Shown here piece after piece: positions 7,581 to 18,300 of a stretch of 64,000 nt of DNA (its first letter is position 1; every line of letters begins with the position of its first letter). The notes under the pieces were generated by a model. That model made no database searches. It was not told the origin of the DNA and saw only the letters and a program-made list of their open reading frames with translations. The stretch spans positions 47,978-111,977 of the forward strand of contig JAGHZW010000180.1 of assembly GCA_017745195.1 (NCBI GenBank), written 5' to 3'. The position numbers and the translations under genes were made by a program. This DNA is from Pseudoxanthomonas sp. (lineage in GTDB: Bacteria > Pseudomonadota > Gammaproteobacteria > Xanthomonadales > Xanthomonadaceae).

Positions 7581-10547
7581 ATGATCGGCAAGCGCAACGC
7601 GAGACCTGCACGCAAGCTCCTGGTGGCTGCACTGACCGGTTGCCTGGCGCTGGCGGGCGCGCCGGCAATGGCGCAGGGCACCGGTGCCACCATCCATGGC
7701 CAGGTCATGGCCGACTCCACCCCGGCGGCCAATGCACAGGTCGTCATCATCAACACGGCGACTGGCCTGCGGCGCAGCGTGCAGGCGGGTGCGGACGGCA
7801 AGTACTCAGTCGCCGGCCTGCCGCCGGGCACCTATCGCATCGAGGTGCAGGCCGGTGGCCAGTCCTCGGTGCGCGAACTCACCGTCCAGGTCGGGCAGAA
7901 CGCGACGCTCAACTTCAGCGTGGGCGGCGTGGCCGAAACCGCGGCCCCCGGTGCCGCGACGACCATGGAAGCCGTGCAGGTGGTCGGCACGGCGGTGGAG
8001 CGGCGCACGCCGGAGGTGGTCACCTACGTGACCGGCAAGCAGATCGAGCTGCTGCCGCAGAACACGCGCAACTTCCTCGCCTTCGCCGACACCGTGCCGG
8101 GCATGGCCTTCGAGCAGAACCCGGCGGACGGCTCGACCCGCCTGCGCGGCGGCGTGCAGAGCGCCAACAACATCAACGTCTACATCGACGGCGTGGGCCA
8201 GAAGAACTACGTCATCAAGGGCGGCATCACCGGCCAGGATTCCAGCCGCGGCAATCCGTTCCCGCAGATGGCGATCGGCGAGTACAAGGTCATCACCTCC
8301 AACTACAAGGCCGAGTACGACCAGATCAGCAGCGCCGCGGTGACCGCGGTCACCCGCTCGGGCACCAACCAGTTCGGCGGCACCTTCTTCTGGGACTACA
8401 GCAACCAGGACTGGCGCGAACCCCGGGTCAGCGAGATGCCGCCGGCGAGCAAGACCCGCTCCTCGGACGAACAGTACGGCGTCTCCTTCGGCGGCCCGAT
8501 CATCCGCGACGTGGCCCACTTCTTCGTCGCCTACGAGGCCAAGGAATACAACGCGCCGCAGGACGTCACCCCCGGCGAGGGTCTGCTGATTTCCAGCCTC
8601 CCGCCGGAGCTGCAGCCGCTGTTCGGCAACACCAGCGTGCCGTTCAAGGAAGACCTGTACTTCGGCAAGCTGGACTGGTCCATCGGCGAGCGCAACCTGG
8701 TCGAACTGACCTTCAAGAAGCGCGACGAGAAGGGCATCAGCAACGTCGGCGGCCAGAGCGCATCCACGTACGGCACCGACACCCACGTATCCGAGGACCG
8801 CTGGGACCTGCGCTGGCAGTACAGCGACGAAACCTGGCTCAACGACGCGCACCTGACCTACGAGGACGCGTACTGGACGATGGAGCCGGTCAACTACGGC
8901 AACGGCTACGTGCTGACCACCGGTACGGCCAACGACGGCGCGCAGATCGTGCGCTTCGGCGCCGGCAACGGCGGCCTGCAGGACAAGGGCCAGGATGGCT
9001 GGTCGCTCCAGGACGACCTGACCTTCTTCGGCTGGGAGGCGCACACGCTGAAGATGGGCGTGAAGTACAAGAAGGTCGACCTCAACACCATCGAGCAGCA
9101 GCCGTACAACCCGCAGTTCTTCTACGACGTCAACGAAGGCGGGCAGCTGCCGTACTTCATCCGCTTCGGCAGCCCGGCGATGGGCACCACCGGTGGTGAG
9201 GTGTCGTCCGGCAACAGCCAGTTCGGCATCTACATCCAGGACGACTGGGAGGCGACCGAGAAGCTGACCGTGAACCTCGGCCTGCGCTGGGACTACGAGG
9301 AGACCCCCGCCTACCTGGACTTCGTGACCGATCCGGCGGTCATCACCGCCTTGAATTCGCAGGACCCGCAGGCGGGCGCAGCGCCGGGGCAGACCTATGC
9401 ACAGACGCTGGCGATGGGCGGCATCGACATCAACGAGTTCGTCAGCAACGGTGGCAACCGCAGTTCGTTCAAGGGCGCCTGGCAGCCGCGCGTGGGCTTC
9501 TCCTACGACCTGTTCAATGACGACCGGCACGTGGTCTTCGGCGGCGCGGGCCGCGCCTACGACCGCAACCTGTTCGACTACCTGCAGCTGGAGCAGACCA
9601 AGGCGACCTTCCCGACCCGCGAGCTGCGCGTGGACACCCCCGCCCATCCGTGCACGCCGGGCGATGGCAACTGCGTGGCCTGGGACCCGGCCCTCTACAA
9701 CCGCGATGAGCTGATGGCGCTGGTCAGCTCCACCCAGGCCGGGCGCGAGGTGTGGATGTTCGACAACGACCTCAAGGTGCCGTACGCCGACCAGTTCAGC
9801 ATCGGCATGCGCAATGCGGTCGCGCTGTGGGGCCATGACTGGAACACGTCGGCGACCGTGCAGCACATCCGCTACAACGACGGCCTGCTGCTGATCCGCG
9901 GCAACCGCCGTGGCGACGGCAGCTATTTCGACGACATCGGCAGTCCCTGGACCGGGGGCGGCGTGCCTGGCATGGGCGGGCTGATCCTGGGCATCAACGG
10001 CAAGGAGTCGCGCTCGACCCAGCTGTTGCTGAGCGTGGACAAGCCCTACACCTCGTCCAGCCCGTGGAACTTCAACATCGCCTATACCTATACCAGCGCC
10101 GAGCAGAACATCCACGAGAAGGATCCCGAGTACGGCTGGTACTACCCGCTGGGTGAGTGGTACGGCGGGGCGTGGACGCCGCGGCACCGGCTGGTGCTGA
10201 GCGGTTTCACCGACCTGCCGGGGGATTTCACCCTGGCCGGCAAGCTGGCCCTGGCCTCGCAGATCCGGCGCTGGAGCGACGTGTGGCCGCCAGCGTCAGG
10301 CCAGGCCATCGACATCATGAGCTTCGAGCCCGACGGCACGATCGGTTTCAAGCAGTTCGACCTGCAGCTGACCCGGGTGTGGAACACCGGCACCAACTGG
10401 AGCTTCCGCGTACGTGCCGACGTGCTCAACGTCTTCAATTGGGAGAACTGGGCGTCCTACGGCAAGGACTGGAATACCGGGCACATCAATGCCTGGGACC
10501 AGTACCCGACGCGGACCTTCAAGCTGTCGCTCGGTTTCGACTGGTGA
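7581..10547 (+). CDS. TonB-dependent receptor (Oar-like, with N-terminal carboxypeptidase-regulatory-like domain)
   Basis: Signal peptide, GLPPGTYRIEV N-domain, plug (RNFL, YKAEY, VTRSGTN), YIQDDW and NLGLRWDYE barrel strands, C-terminal aromatic (LGFDW). Confidence 0.92.
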   Translation: MIGKRNARPARKLLVAALTGCLALAGAPAMAQGTGATIHGQVMADSTPAANAQVVIINTATGLRRSVQAGADGKYSVAGLPPGTYRIEVQAGGQSSVRELTVQVGQNATLNFSVGGVAETAAPGAATTMEAVQVVGTAVERRTPEVVTYVTGKQIELLPQNTRNFLAFADTVPGMAFEQNPADGSTRLRGGVQSANNINVYIDGVGQKNYVIKGGITGQDSSRGNPFPQMAIGEYKVITSNYKAEYDQISSAAVTAVTRSGTNQFGGTFFWDYSNQDWREPRVSEMPPASKTRSSDEQYGVSFGGPIIRDVAHFFVAYEAKEYNAPQDVTPGEGLLISSLPPELQPLFGNTSVPFKEDLYFGKLDWSIGERNLVELTFKKRDEKGISNVGGQSASTYGTDTHVSEDRWDLRWQYSDETWLNDAHLTYEDAYWTMEPVNYGNGYVLTTGTANDGAQIVRFGAGNGGLQDKGQDGWSLQDDLTFFGWEAHTLKMGVKYKKVDLNTIEQQPYNPQFFYDVNEGGQLPYFIRFGSPAMGTTGGEVSSGNSQFGIYIQDDWEATEKLTVNLGLRWDYEETPAYLDFVTDPAVITALNSQDPQAGAAPGQTYAQTLAMGGIDINEFVSNGGNRSSFKGAWQPRVGFSYDLFNDDRHVVFGGAGRAYDRNLFDYLQLEQTKATFPTRELRVDTPAHPCTPGDGNCVAWDPALYNRDELMALVSSTQAGREVWMFDNDLKVPYADQFSIGMRNAVALWGHDWNTSATVQHIRYNDGLLLIRGNRRGDGSYFDDIGSPWTGGGVPGMGGLILGINGKESRSTQLLLSVDKPYTSSSPWNFNIAYTYTSAEQNIHEKDPEYGWYYPLGEWYGGAWTPRHRLVLSGFTDLPGDFTLAGKLALASQIRRWSDVWPPASGQAIDIMSFEPDGTIGFKQFDLQLTRVWNTGTNWSFRVRADVLNVFNWENWASYGKDWNTGHINAWDQYPTRTFKLSLGFDW

Positions 10548-10600
10548 GGTCCCGGCGGCCGTCCCGGGCACCTCTCCCCCCGGGGTGGCCGCCGCGTTTC

Positions 10601-10633
10601 CCCCGCCCGTGCGCCGCGAGGCGCCGGGCGGGG
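10601..10633 (+). other. GC-rich intergenic stem-loop after the TBDR gene (mRNA stabiliser or partial terminator)
   Basis: CCCCGCCCG(T)GCGCC-GCGA-GGCGC-CGGGCGGGG, no U-tract. Confidence 0.5.
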
Positions 10634-10654
10634 CGGGGTGGCCGATAATAGGCA

Positions 10655-12313
10655 ATGGCAAGAATGCGCAGGGGACTTCCGGTGAGTTGGCGGCAATTGA
10701 GAATCGCGGCGATGGTGGCCGTGGCGGTCTGGCTGGTGGCCGCGTGCGGTCGGCAGCCGCCACCGCCGGCGCAACCGGCACCGCCGAAGCCTGACGTGAT
10801 CATGATCGAACCCGTGCTGCCGGAGCGTCCGCCGCGGCCCGAGCTGCCGCCGCTGTTCCGCGACATCGAGAAGCGCACCTTCCAGTTCTTCTGGGACACG
10901 ACCAACGAGCAGAACGGGCTGACCCCCGACCGTTACCCGTCGCGGCCGTTCTCCAGCGTCGCCTCGATCGGCTATGCGCTGACCGCCTATCCGATCGGGA
11001 TCGAGAACGGCTGGGTGAGCCGCACCCAGGCCGTGGACCGCACCCTGGTCACGCTGCGCTTCCTGCGCGGCATCCCGCAGGGGCCGCAGCGCACCGGAAA
11101 GGGCGGCTACAAGGGCTTCTACTACCACTTCCTGGACATGCAGCAGGGCCAGCGCTACGACAGCTGGGTGGAGCTGTCGAGCGTGGACACCGCGCTGCTG
11201 ATGATGGGCGTGCTGTTCGCGCAGGCCTATTACGACAGCGACGACCCGCGCGAGGCGGAGATCCGCCGCATCGCCGACCAGCTGTACCGCAGGGTCGACT
11301 GGACCTGGCTGCAGCAGCGCAAGCCGCTGATCTCGATGGGCTGGTTCCCCGAGAGCGGGTTCATCGTCCACGACTGGATGGGCTACAACGAGGCGATGCT
11401 GCTGTACGTGCTGGCGCTGGGCTCGCCGACCCACTCGGTCAGCGAGGATGCGTGGACGGTGTGGACGCGCACCTACAACAACGACTGGGGCGTGTACTAC
11501 GGCCAGGAGTACCTGAGCTTCGGCCCGCTGTTCGGCCACCAGTACAGCCATGTCTGGATCGATTTCCGCGACATCCAGGACCAGTACATGCGCGAGCGCG
11601 GGATCGACTATTTCCTCAACAGCCGCCGCGCCGTGCTGGCCCACCGCGAGTACGCCATCGCCAACCCGATGAAGTGGAAGGACTACGGCGAGAACGTGTG
11701 GGGCCTGACCGCCAGCGACGGTCCGCAGAACACCCGCCAGATCTACCGCGAGGAGGAGCGCGAATTCCGCCACTACTCCTCGCGTGGCGCCGGCCTGCGC
11801 GAGAACTTCGACGACGGCACGCTCGCGCCGACCGCGGCGATCTCCTCGATCGTGTTCGCACCGGAGGTGGTGATCCCGGCCACCGAGGAGATGCACCGCC
11901 GCTACGGCGACTACCTGTATTCCAGCTACGGCTTCCTGGATTCGTTCAACCCGAGCTTCGACTTCGACATCCCGCTCAAGACCGGCCGCCTGGTGCCGGG
12001 GCGCGGCTGGGTGGCCAGCGACTACATCAGCATCGACCAGGGCCCGATCCTGGCGATGATCGCCAACTACCGCAACGAGTTCGTGTGGACGGTGATGAAG
12101 AAGAGCCCGTACATCCGCAAGGGCCTGGAGCAAGCCGGGTTCCGCGGTGGCTGGCTCGCGCCGGAAGACGAAGCCGCCGAGTTGCCCCGGGTCGACGCGG
12201 CCGCGGCGGCCGCGCGCGCGCTGGGCATGGCCGAGTCGCGCGCGGCGGCGGCCGAAGCGCAGGAGAAGCGCGACCAGCCCGCCAACAACCGCGCGCAACC
12301 GCCGCCGCAATGA
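10655..12313 (+). CDS. GH144-like (Glycoamylase/PF10091) probable endo-beta-1,2-glucanase, lipoprotein
   Basis: Lipobox LVAAC and Pro-rich linker; GFYYHF, ELSSVDTALL, YNEAMLLYVLALGSPTH, GPLFGHQYSH, WGLTASDGP, DDGTLAPTA, IDQGPI motifs. Start uncertain (10655, 10664 or GTG 10682). Confidence 0.8.
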   Translation: MARMRRGLPVSWRQLRIAAMVAVAVWLVAACGRQPPPPAQPAPPKPDVIMIEPVLPERPPRPELPPLFRDIEKRTFQFFWDTTNEQNGLTPDRYPSRPFSSVASIGYALTAYPIGIENGWVSRTQAVDRTLVTLRFLRGIPQGPQRTGKGGYKGFYYHFLDMQQGQRYDSWVELSSVDTALLMMGVLFAQAYYDSDDPREAEIRRIADQLYRRVDWTWLQQRKPLISMGWFPESGFIVHDWMGYNEAMLLYVLALGSPTHSVSEDAWTVWTRTYNNDWGVYYGQEYLSFGPLFGHQYSHVWIDFRDIQDQYMRERGIDYFLNSRRAVLAHREYAIANPMKWKDYGENVWGLTASDGPQNTRQIYREEEREFRHYSSRGAGLRENFDDGTLAPTAAISSIVFAPEVVIPATEEMHRRYGDYLYSSYGFLDSFNPSFDFDIPLKTGRLVPGRGWVASDYISIDQGPILAMIANYRNEFVWTVMKKSPYIRKGLEQAGFRGGWLAPEDEAAELPRVDAAAAAARALGMAESRAAAAEAQEKRDQPANNRAQPPPQ

Positions 12314-13632
12314 GGTCGATGTTCCGCAGCAGGCGCCGCCGGCTCGCCGTCCGCCTCGTCGCCCTGGTGCTGGCCGGACTGGCGGCGGGTTGCCGCGAAC
12401 GGGCGGCCGAACCGGTGCACTTCTGGGCGATGGGCCGGGAGGCCGAGGTCGTCGCCGAACTCGTCCCGGAGTTCGAGCGCGAAACCGGCATCGAGGTGGA
12501 CATCCAGCAGATTCCCTGGACGGCCGCGCACGAGAAGCTGCTGACCGCCTTCGCCGCCGATGCCCTGCCGGACGTGTGCCAGCTGGGCAATACCTGGCTG
12601 CCGGAGTTCGCCGCGCTGGGTGTGCTGGAGCCGTTGCAGCCGTTCGTCGATGCGTCGGCCGTGGTCGATCCTCCCGACTATTTTCCCGGCGTGTGGCAGA
12701 CCAGCGTGATCGACGGCCAGCTGGTCGGCATCCCGTGGTACGTGGACACGCGCCTGCTGTTCTACCGCAGGGACCTGCTGCGCGAGGCCGGCATCGCCCG
12801 GCCGCCACGGACCTGGGCCGAATGGGAGCAGGCGATGGCGGCGGTGAAGGCGCACGTCGGCCCGGACCGCTACGCGGTGCTGATGCCGGTCAACGAATTC
12901 GAGCAGCTGGTGTCGCTGGCCCTGCAGCAGGACGATCCGCTGCTGCGCGACCACGACACCCGCGGCAACTTCCAGAGCCCCGGTTTCCGCCGCGCGCTGG
13001 CGTTCTACGCCAACATGTTCGAGCAGCACTGGGCGCCGAAGATGTCCGAGACCCAGATCTCCAACGTCTGGGACGAGTTTTTCAACGGCTTCTACGTGTT
13101 CTACGTCTCCGGTCCCTGGAACATCCGCGACTTCCGCAAGCGCCAGCCGCCGGCGCTGGCCGGGCAGTGGGGAACCGCGCCTCTGCCGGGCATCGACGGT
13201 CCGGGCGCGGGCCTGGCTGGCGGCACCAGCCTGGTGATGTTCCGTGGCTCGCCGCGCCAGCGCGAGGCGTGGAAGCTGATCGAGTTCCTGTCGCGGCCCG
13301 ACATCCAGCAGCGCTTCCACGCCATGATCGGCGACCTGCCGCCGCGGCGCAGCACCTGGGAGCATCCGTCGCTGGTGCAGGACGAACTCGCCCGGGCGTT
13401 CCGGGACCAGCTCGAGCGCGTGCGGCCGGCGCCGCAGGTGCTGGAGTGGGAGCGCATCGCCCAGGAGATCCGCATCACCAGCGAGCGCGTGGTCCGCGGC
13501 GGCCAGCCACAGGACCAGGCCCTGCGCGAGCTCGACCAACGCGTCGATGCGATCCTGGAGAAGCGTCGCTGGATGCATGCACGCGACAACGGCGCGGCCG
13601 ATCCACCCGCCGCCCGGGAGGCGACGCGATGA
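12310..13632 (+). CDS. Sugar ABC transporter substrate-binding lipoprotein (CUT1)
   Basis: Lipobox LAAGC, LPDV, GIPWYVDTRLLFYRRDL motifs; ATGA overlap with upstream gene. Confidence 0.92.
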   Translation: MRSMFRSRRRRLAVRLVALVLAGLAAGCRERAAEPVHFWAMGREAEVVAELVPEFERETGIEVDIQQIPWTAAHEKLLTAFAADALPDVCQLGNTWLPEFAALGVLEPLQPFVDASAVVDPPDYFPGVWQTSVIDGQLVGIPWYVDTRLLFYRRDLLREAGIARPPRTWAEWEQAMAAVKAHVGPDRYAVLMPVNEFEQLVSLALQQDDPLLRDHDTRGNFQSPGFRRALAFYANMFEQHWAPKMSETQISNVWDEFFNGFYVFYVSGPWNIRDFRKRQPPALAGQWGTAPLPGIDGPGAGLAGGTSLVMFRGSPRQREAWKLIEFLSRPDIQQRFHAMIGDLPPRRSTWEHPSLVQDELARAFRDQLERVRPAPQVLEWERIAQEIRITSERVVRGGQPQDQALRELDQRVDAILEKRRWMHARDNGAADPPAAREATR

Positions 13633-14507
13633 ACCGTTCGCTCGCCGGCTGGATGTTCGCCGGGCCCGCGCTGGTGGTGATCGGCGTGTTCTTCGGCCTG
13701 CCGGTGCTGTCGGCATTGGCGCTGAGCCTGACCGACTTCGACCTGTATGCGCTCGCCGACCGCTCCAACCTGCGCTTCGTCGGCCTGCACAACTACCTGG
13801 AGCTGCTGCAGACGCCGATGTTCTGGAAGGCGCTGGGCAACACGACGTACTTCGTGGCGGTCGGCGTGCCGCTGTCGATCGCCGTATCGCTGGGGGCGGC
13901 GCTGCTGCTCAACGCGCCGGCCGCGCGCTTCAGGGCGCTGTTCCGCACCGCGCTGTTCGCACCGGTGGTGACCACGCTGGTCGCGGTGGCGGTGATCTGG
14001 CGCTACCTGTTCCACACCAGCTATGGCCTGGTGAACTGGGCGCTGGGCCACGTCGGCATCGCGCCGGTGGACTGGCTGGGCGACCCGCGCTGGGCGATGC
14101 CGACCATCATCCTGTTCGCGGTGTGGAAGAACTTCGGCTACAACATGGTGATCCTGCTGGCGGGCCTGCAGGGCATCCCGCAGGACCTGTACGAAGCCGC
14201 GCGCATCGACGGCGCCTCGCGCTGGAAGCAGTTCCTGCACATCACCCTGCCGCAGCTCGGGCCGGTGCTGCTGGTGGTCGGGGTGATCACCGTGTCCGGC
14301 TATTTCCAGCTGTTCGCCGAGCCCTATGTCATGACCCGCGGCGATCCGCTGCAGAGCACGGTCAGCGTGCTGTATTTCATGTTCGAGGAAGGCTTCAAGT
14401 GGTGGAACCTGGGCCGCGCCTCGGCGGTGGCGTTCCTGCTGTTCCTGATCATTCTCGGCGTGACCACGCTGATGCTGCGCCTCGGCCGGCGCAAGGAACT
14501 GGTATGA
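13629..14507 (+). CDS. Carbohydrate ABC transporter permease
   Basis: Multiple TM segments and EAA loop (LYEAARIDGASRW). Confidence 0.94.
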   Translation: MNRSLAGWMFAGPALVVIGVFFGLPVLSALALSLTDFDLYALADRSNLRFVGLHNYLELLQTPMFWKALGNTTYFVAVGVPLSIAVSLGAALLLNAPAARFRALFRTALFAPVVTTLVAVAVIWRYLFHTSYGLVNWALGHVGIAPVDWLGDPRWAMPTIILFAVWKNFGYNMVILLAGLQGIPQDLYEAARIDGASRWKQFLHITLPQLGPVLLVVGVITVSGYFQLFAEPYVMTRGDPLQSTVSVLYFMFEEGFKWWNLGRASAVAFLLFLIILGVTTLMLRLGRRKELV

Positions 14508-15340
14508 GCGCCGAAATCGGACAGTCGCGCTGGCACGCGCTGCTGGTCAATGCCGCGCTGCTGGGGCTGGCGGTGATCAGCGTGGCGCCGCTGCTATGGA
14601 TGGTGTCGGTGTCGTTCATGCCAGTGGGCGAGGCCAGCCGCTTCCCGCCACCGCTGCTGCCCTCGTCGGCGACGCTGGCCAACTACCACGAAATGTTCAG
14701 CCGCACCGGCATGGCCCGCAATTTCGCCAACAGCGTGCTGGTCTCGGTCGCCATCACCCTGGGCTCGCTGCTGTTCAACACCCTGGCCGGTTACGCCTTC
14801 GCCAAGCTGCGTTTCCCTGGGCGCGAGCGGGTGTTCCAGCTGCTGCTGGCCGCGCTGGTGATTCCCGCGCAGGTGGCGATGCTGCCGCTGTTCCTGATGA
14901 TGAAGCAGCTGGGCCTGGTCAACAGCTATGGCGGCGTGGTCGTGCCGGCGCTGGCGGGGGTGTTCGGCATCTTCCTGGTGCGGCAGTACGCGCGTTCGAT
15001 TCCGGACGAGCTGCTTGAGGCGGCGCGGATCGACGGGGCGGGCGAGTGGCGGATCTTTTTCTCGATCGTGCTGCCGATGCTCAAGCCGGTGCTGGTGACG
15101 CTGGCGATCTTCACCTTCATGGCCGCGTGGAACGACTTCATGTGGCCGCTGATCGTGCTCACCGACCAGGAGCACTACACGCTGCCGGTGGCGCTGGCCT
15201 CGCTGTCGCGCGAACACATCCAGGACGTGGAAATGATGATGGCCGGCGCGGTGGTCACGGTGGTCCCGGTGCTGCTGCTGTTCCTGACGCTGCAGCGCTA
15301 CTACATCCAGGGCCTGCTGCTGGGCAGCGTGAAGGGGTAG
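14504..15340 (+). CDS. Carbohydrate ABC transporter permease
   Basis: AGYAFAK, IPDELLEAARIDGA, WNDFMWP motifs. Confidence 0.94.
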   Translation: MSAEIGQSRWHALLVNAALLGLAVISVAPLLWMVSVSFMPVGEASRFPPPLLPSSATLANYHEMFSRTGMARNFANSVLVSVAITLGSLLFNTLAGYAFAKLRFPGRERVFQLLLAALVIPAQVAMLPLFLMMKQLGLVNSYGGVVVPALAGVFGIFLVRQYARSIPDELLEAARIDGAGEWRIFFSIVLPMLKPVLVTLAIFTFMAAWNDFMWPLIVLTDQEHYTLPVALASLSREHIQDVEMMMAGAVVTVVPVLLLFLTLQRYYIQGLLLGSVKG

Positions 15341-15346
15341 GTGGCG

Positions 15347-18300
15347 ATGAGGGTGCGTGGTTCTGTTGTCGTGTTCGTTCTCGCCATGCTCGCGATCGCC
15401 CGGCCGGCCGCGGCCCAGTCACGCCTGCTCGATGGTTTCGAAGACGCTTCGCCCTGGCGCGTGGTCACCTCCAACCAGGTCAGCGGCCGCCTGCGCCAGG
15501 TCGACGGATTCGAGGGCAAGGCGCTGTGCCTGGACTACGACTTCAACGGCGTGTCCGGCTACGTGGGCATCCAGCGCGACCTGCCGCTGGAGTTCCCGGA
15601 GAACTACCGCTTCGCTTTCCAGCTGCGCGGCGATTCGCCGGCCAACGACCTGCAGTTCAAGCTGCTCGATGCCAGCGGCGACAACGTGTGGTGGGTGAAC
15701 CGGCCGAAGTTCGCGTTCCCGTCGGACTGGACCGAGGTTCGCTACCGGCAGCGGCACATCTCCAGGGCCTGGGGCCCGGATCCGGACAAGGTCCTGCGGC
15801 GCAGCGCGAAGCTCGAATTCACGATCTACAACAACGCCGGCGGTGCAGGTTCGGTGTGCTTCGACGAACTGACCTTCGAGCCGTTGCCATCCGACCCGGT
15901 GGCGCCGCCGCGGGCGACGTCGGCACAGGCGAGCGCATCGCCGGCAACCGCCGCGCGTGCGATCGACGGTGACCTGGCCACCGCCTGGCAGGCGCGCGGT
16001 AGACAGCGGCTGGTCCTCGACCTGGGCCAGTTGCGCGAGTTCGGCGGACTGCGCCTGCACTGGTCCGCTGCAGGCAGGCGGCCGTCGCGCTATGCGGTTT
16101 CACTGCAGGAGCCGGGCGGCGGCTGGCGCGAGGTGCGGCGCGTCGAACAGGGGCGCGGCGATACCGACTGGATCGCCCTGCCGGAAGCCGAGTCGCGCCG
16201 CATCGCGCTGGACTTCGAAGGGACGGACTACGCGCTGGCCGAGGCGCAGGTGCAGCCACTGTCGTTCTCGGCGCATCCCAACGACTTCGTGAAGGCGGTC
16301 GCCGCCGGCCTGCCGCGTGGCTGGCTGCCACGCGGCTTCAGCGGTGAGCAACCGTACTGGACCATCGTCGGCGTCGACGGCGGCCACGAACAGGGACTGA
16401 TCGGCGAGGACGGCGCGGTGGAAGTCGCGCGTGGCGGTTTCAGCATCGAGCCGTTCCTGCTCGAGCAGGGCCGGCTGTTGAGCTGGGCCGACGTGCGTAC
16501 CGCGCAGGGCCTGCGCCCCGGCGGCATCCCGATGCCGAACGTGACCTGGACCGCCGCGGATGGCGGGGATGGTGCGCGACCACTGCTGGACGTGCTCGCC
16601 TTCGCCCAGGGAACGCCGCAGGACTCGCAGCTGGTGATGCGCTACCGGCTGGGCAATCCCCACGACGCGCCGCGCGAATACACGCTCGCGCTGGCGGTGC
16701 GGCCACTGCAGGTCAATCCGCCCAGCCAGTTCCTCAACACGGTCGGCGGGGTGAGCCGGATCGGGCAGCTGGCGATCGAGGGCGATGTCGTCGAGGTGGA
16801 CGGCAGGCCGCGCGTGTTCGCCACCGTGCGGCCGGATGCGGCGTTCGCCACCGCGTTCGATGCCGGCCTCGAAGTGATGCGGCTGGCGGGGAACGACATC
16901 CCCGCCACGACCCGCGTCGAGGATCCGACCGGGCTGGCGTCGGGCATGCTGCTGTACCACTGGACGCTGGCGCCCGGCGAAACGCGCGAGGTCGCGCTGG
17001 TGGCGCCGCTGGGCGCGCCGGCCCTTGCGACGAACGGTTTCGATCCGCAGGGTTTCGACCTGCACGCTTCGGTGCAGCAGGCGGAGGCGCGCTGGCAGGA
17101 CCTGCTCGGCCAGGTGCGGCTGCGCCTGCCGACGCAGGCGCAGGCGTTCTCCGATACCGTGCACACCGCGCTGGCGCACATGCTGGTCTCGCGGATCGGC
17201 GCGCGGCTGCAGCCGGGCACGCGCTCGTATTCGCGCAGCTGGATCCGCGACGGGGCGATGATCTCCGAAGGCCTGCTGCGGTTGGGGCGGCCGGAGGTGG
17301 TGCGCGACTACCTGGAATGGTACGCGCCGTACCAGTTCGACAACGGCAAGGTGCCATGCTGCGTCGACGACCGCGGCAGCGATCCGGTGCCGGAGAACGA
17401 CAGCCACGGCGAGCTGATCTTCAACATCGCCGAGTACTGGCGCTACACCGGCGACCGCGCCTTCCTCGAGAAGATGTGGCCGCATGTGTCCGGCGCGTTC
17501 GGCTACATGGAACAGCTGCGTGCCAGCGAACGCACGCCGGCCAATCGCGCGCTCGATCCGGCCTTCTACGGGATGATGCCGGCGTCGATCAGCCACGAGG
17601 GCTACTCGGCCAAGCCGATGCACTCGTACTGGGACAACTTCTGGGCGTTGCGCGGCTACAAGGATGCGGTGGAGATCGCACGCGCGCTGGGCAGGGACGC
17701 GGACGCCAGGCGGATGGCCGCGGCGCGCGACGAGTTCCGCGCCGACCTCGCCGCTTCGTTGCGCGCCGCTACCCGGCGCCATGGCATCGATTACCTGCCC
17801 GGTGCCGCCGAACTCGGCGACTTCGACCCGACTTCGACCACGATCGCGCTGGCCCCGGGGGGCGAGCAGGACTGGCTGCCGCGCGAGCTGCTGGAAAACA
17901 CCTTCGAGCGGTACTGGCGCGAATTCGAGCAGCGCCGTGACGGCCAGCGCGAGTGGAAGGACTACACGCCTTACGAGTGGCGCAATGTCGCCGCGTTCGT
18001 GCGGCTGGGCTGGCGCGAGCGTGCCTGGCAGGCGACCGAATACTTCTTCCGGGATCGCCGGCCGCAGGAGTGGAACCAGTGGGCCGAAGTGGTCTCGCGC
18101 ACGCCGCGCACGCCGTTTTTCGTCGGCGACCTGCCGCACGCGTGGGTGGCCTCGGACTTCCTGCGTTCGGCGCTGGACATGTTCGCGTACGCCCGCGAGC
18201 GCGACGACACCCTGGTGCTGGCCGCCGGGGTTCCGGTCGACTGGCTGGACGGCGAGGGCATCGCGATCGAGGGCCTGTACACGCCGCACGGCCGCCTCGG

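Noticed and set aside
7806-10187. 793-aa antisense ORF, and similar long shadow ORFs (2180-4225, 10457-12808, 16100-18460, 19461-21728, 28077-30095, 48033-49901, 53633-55555)
   Set aside because: They lie opposite well-supported genes. High GC3 suppresses stops in shadow frames, and the translations have no recognisable motifs.
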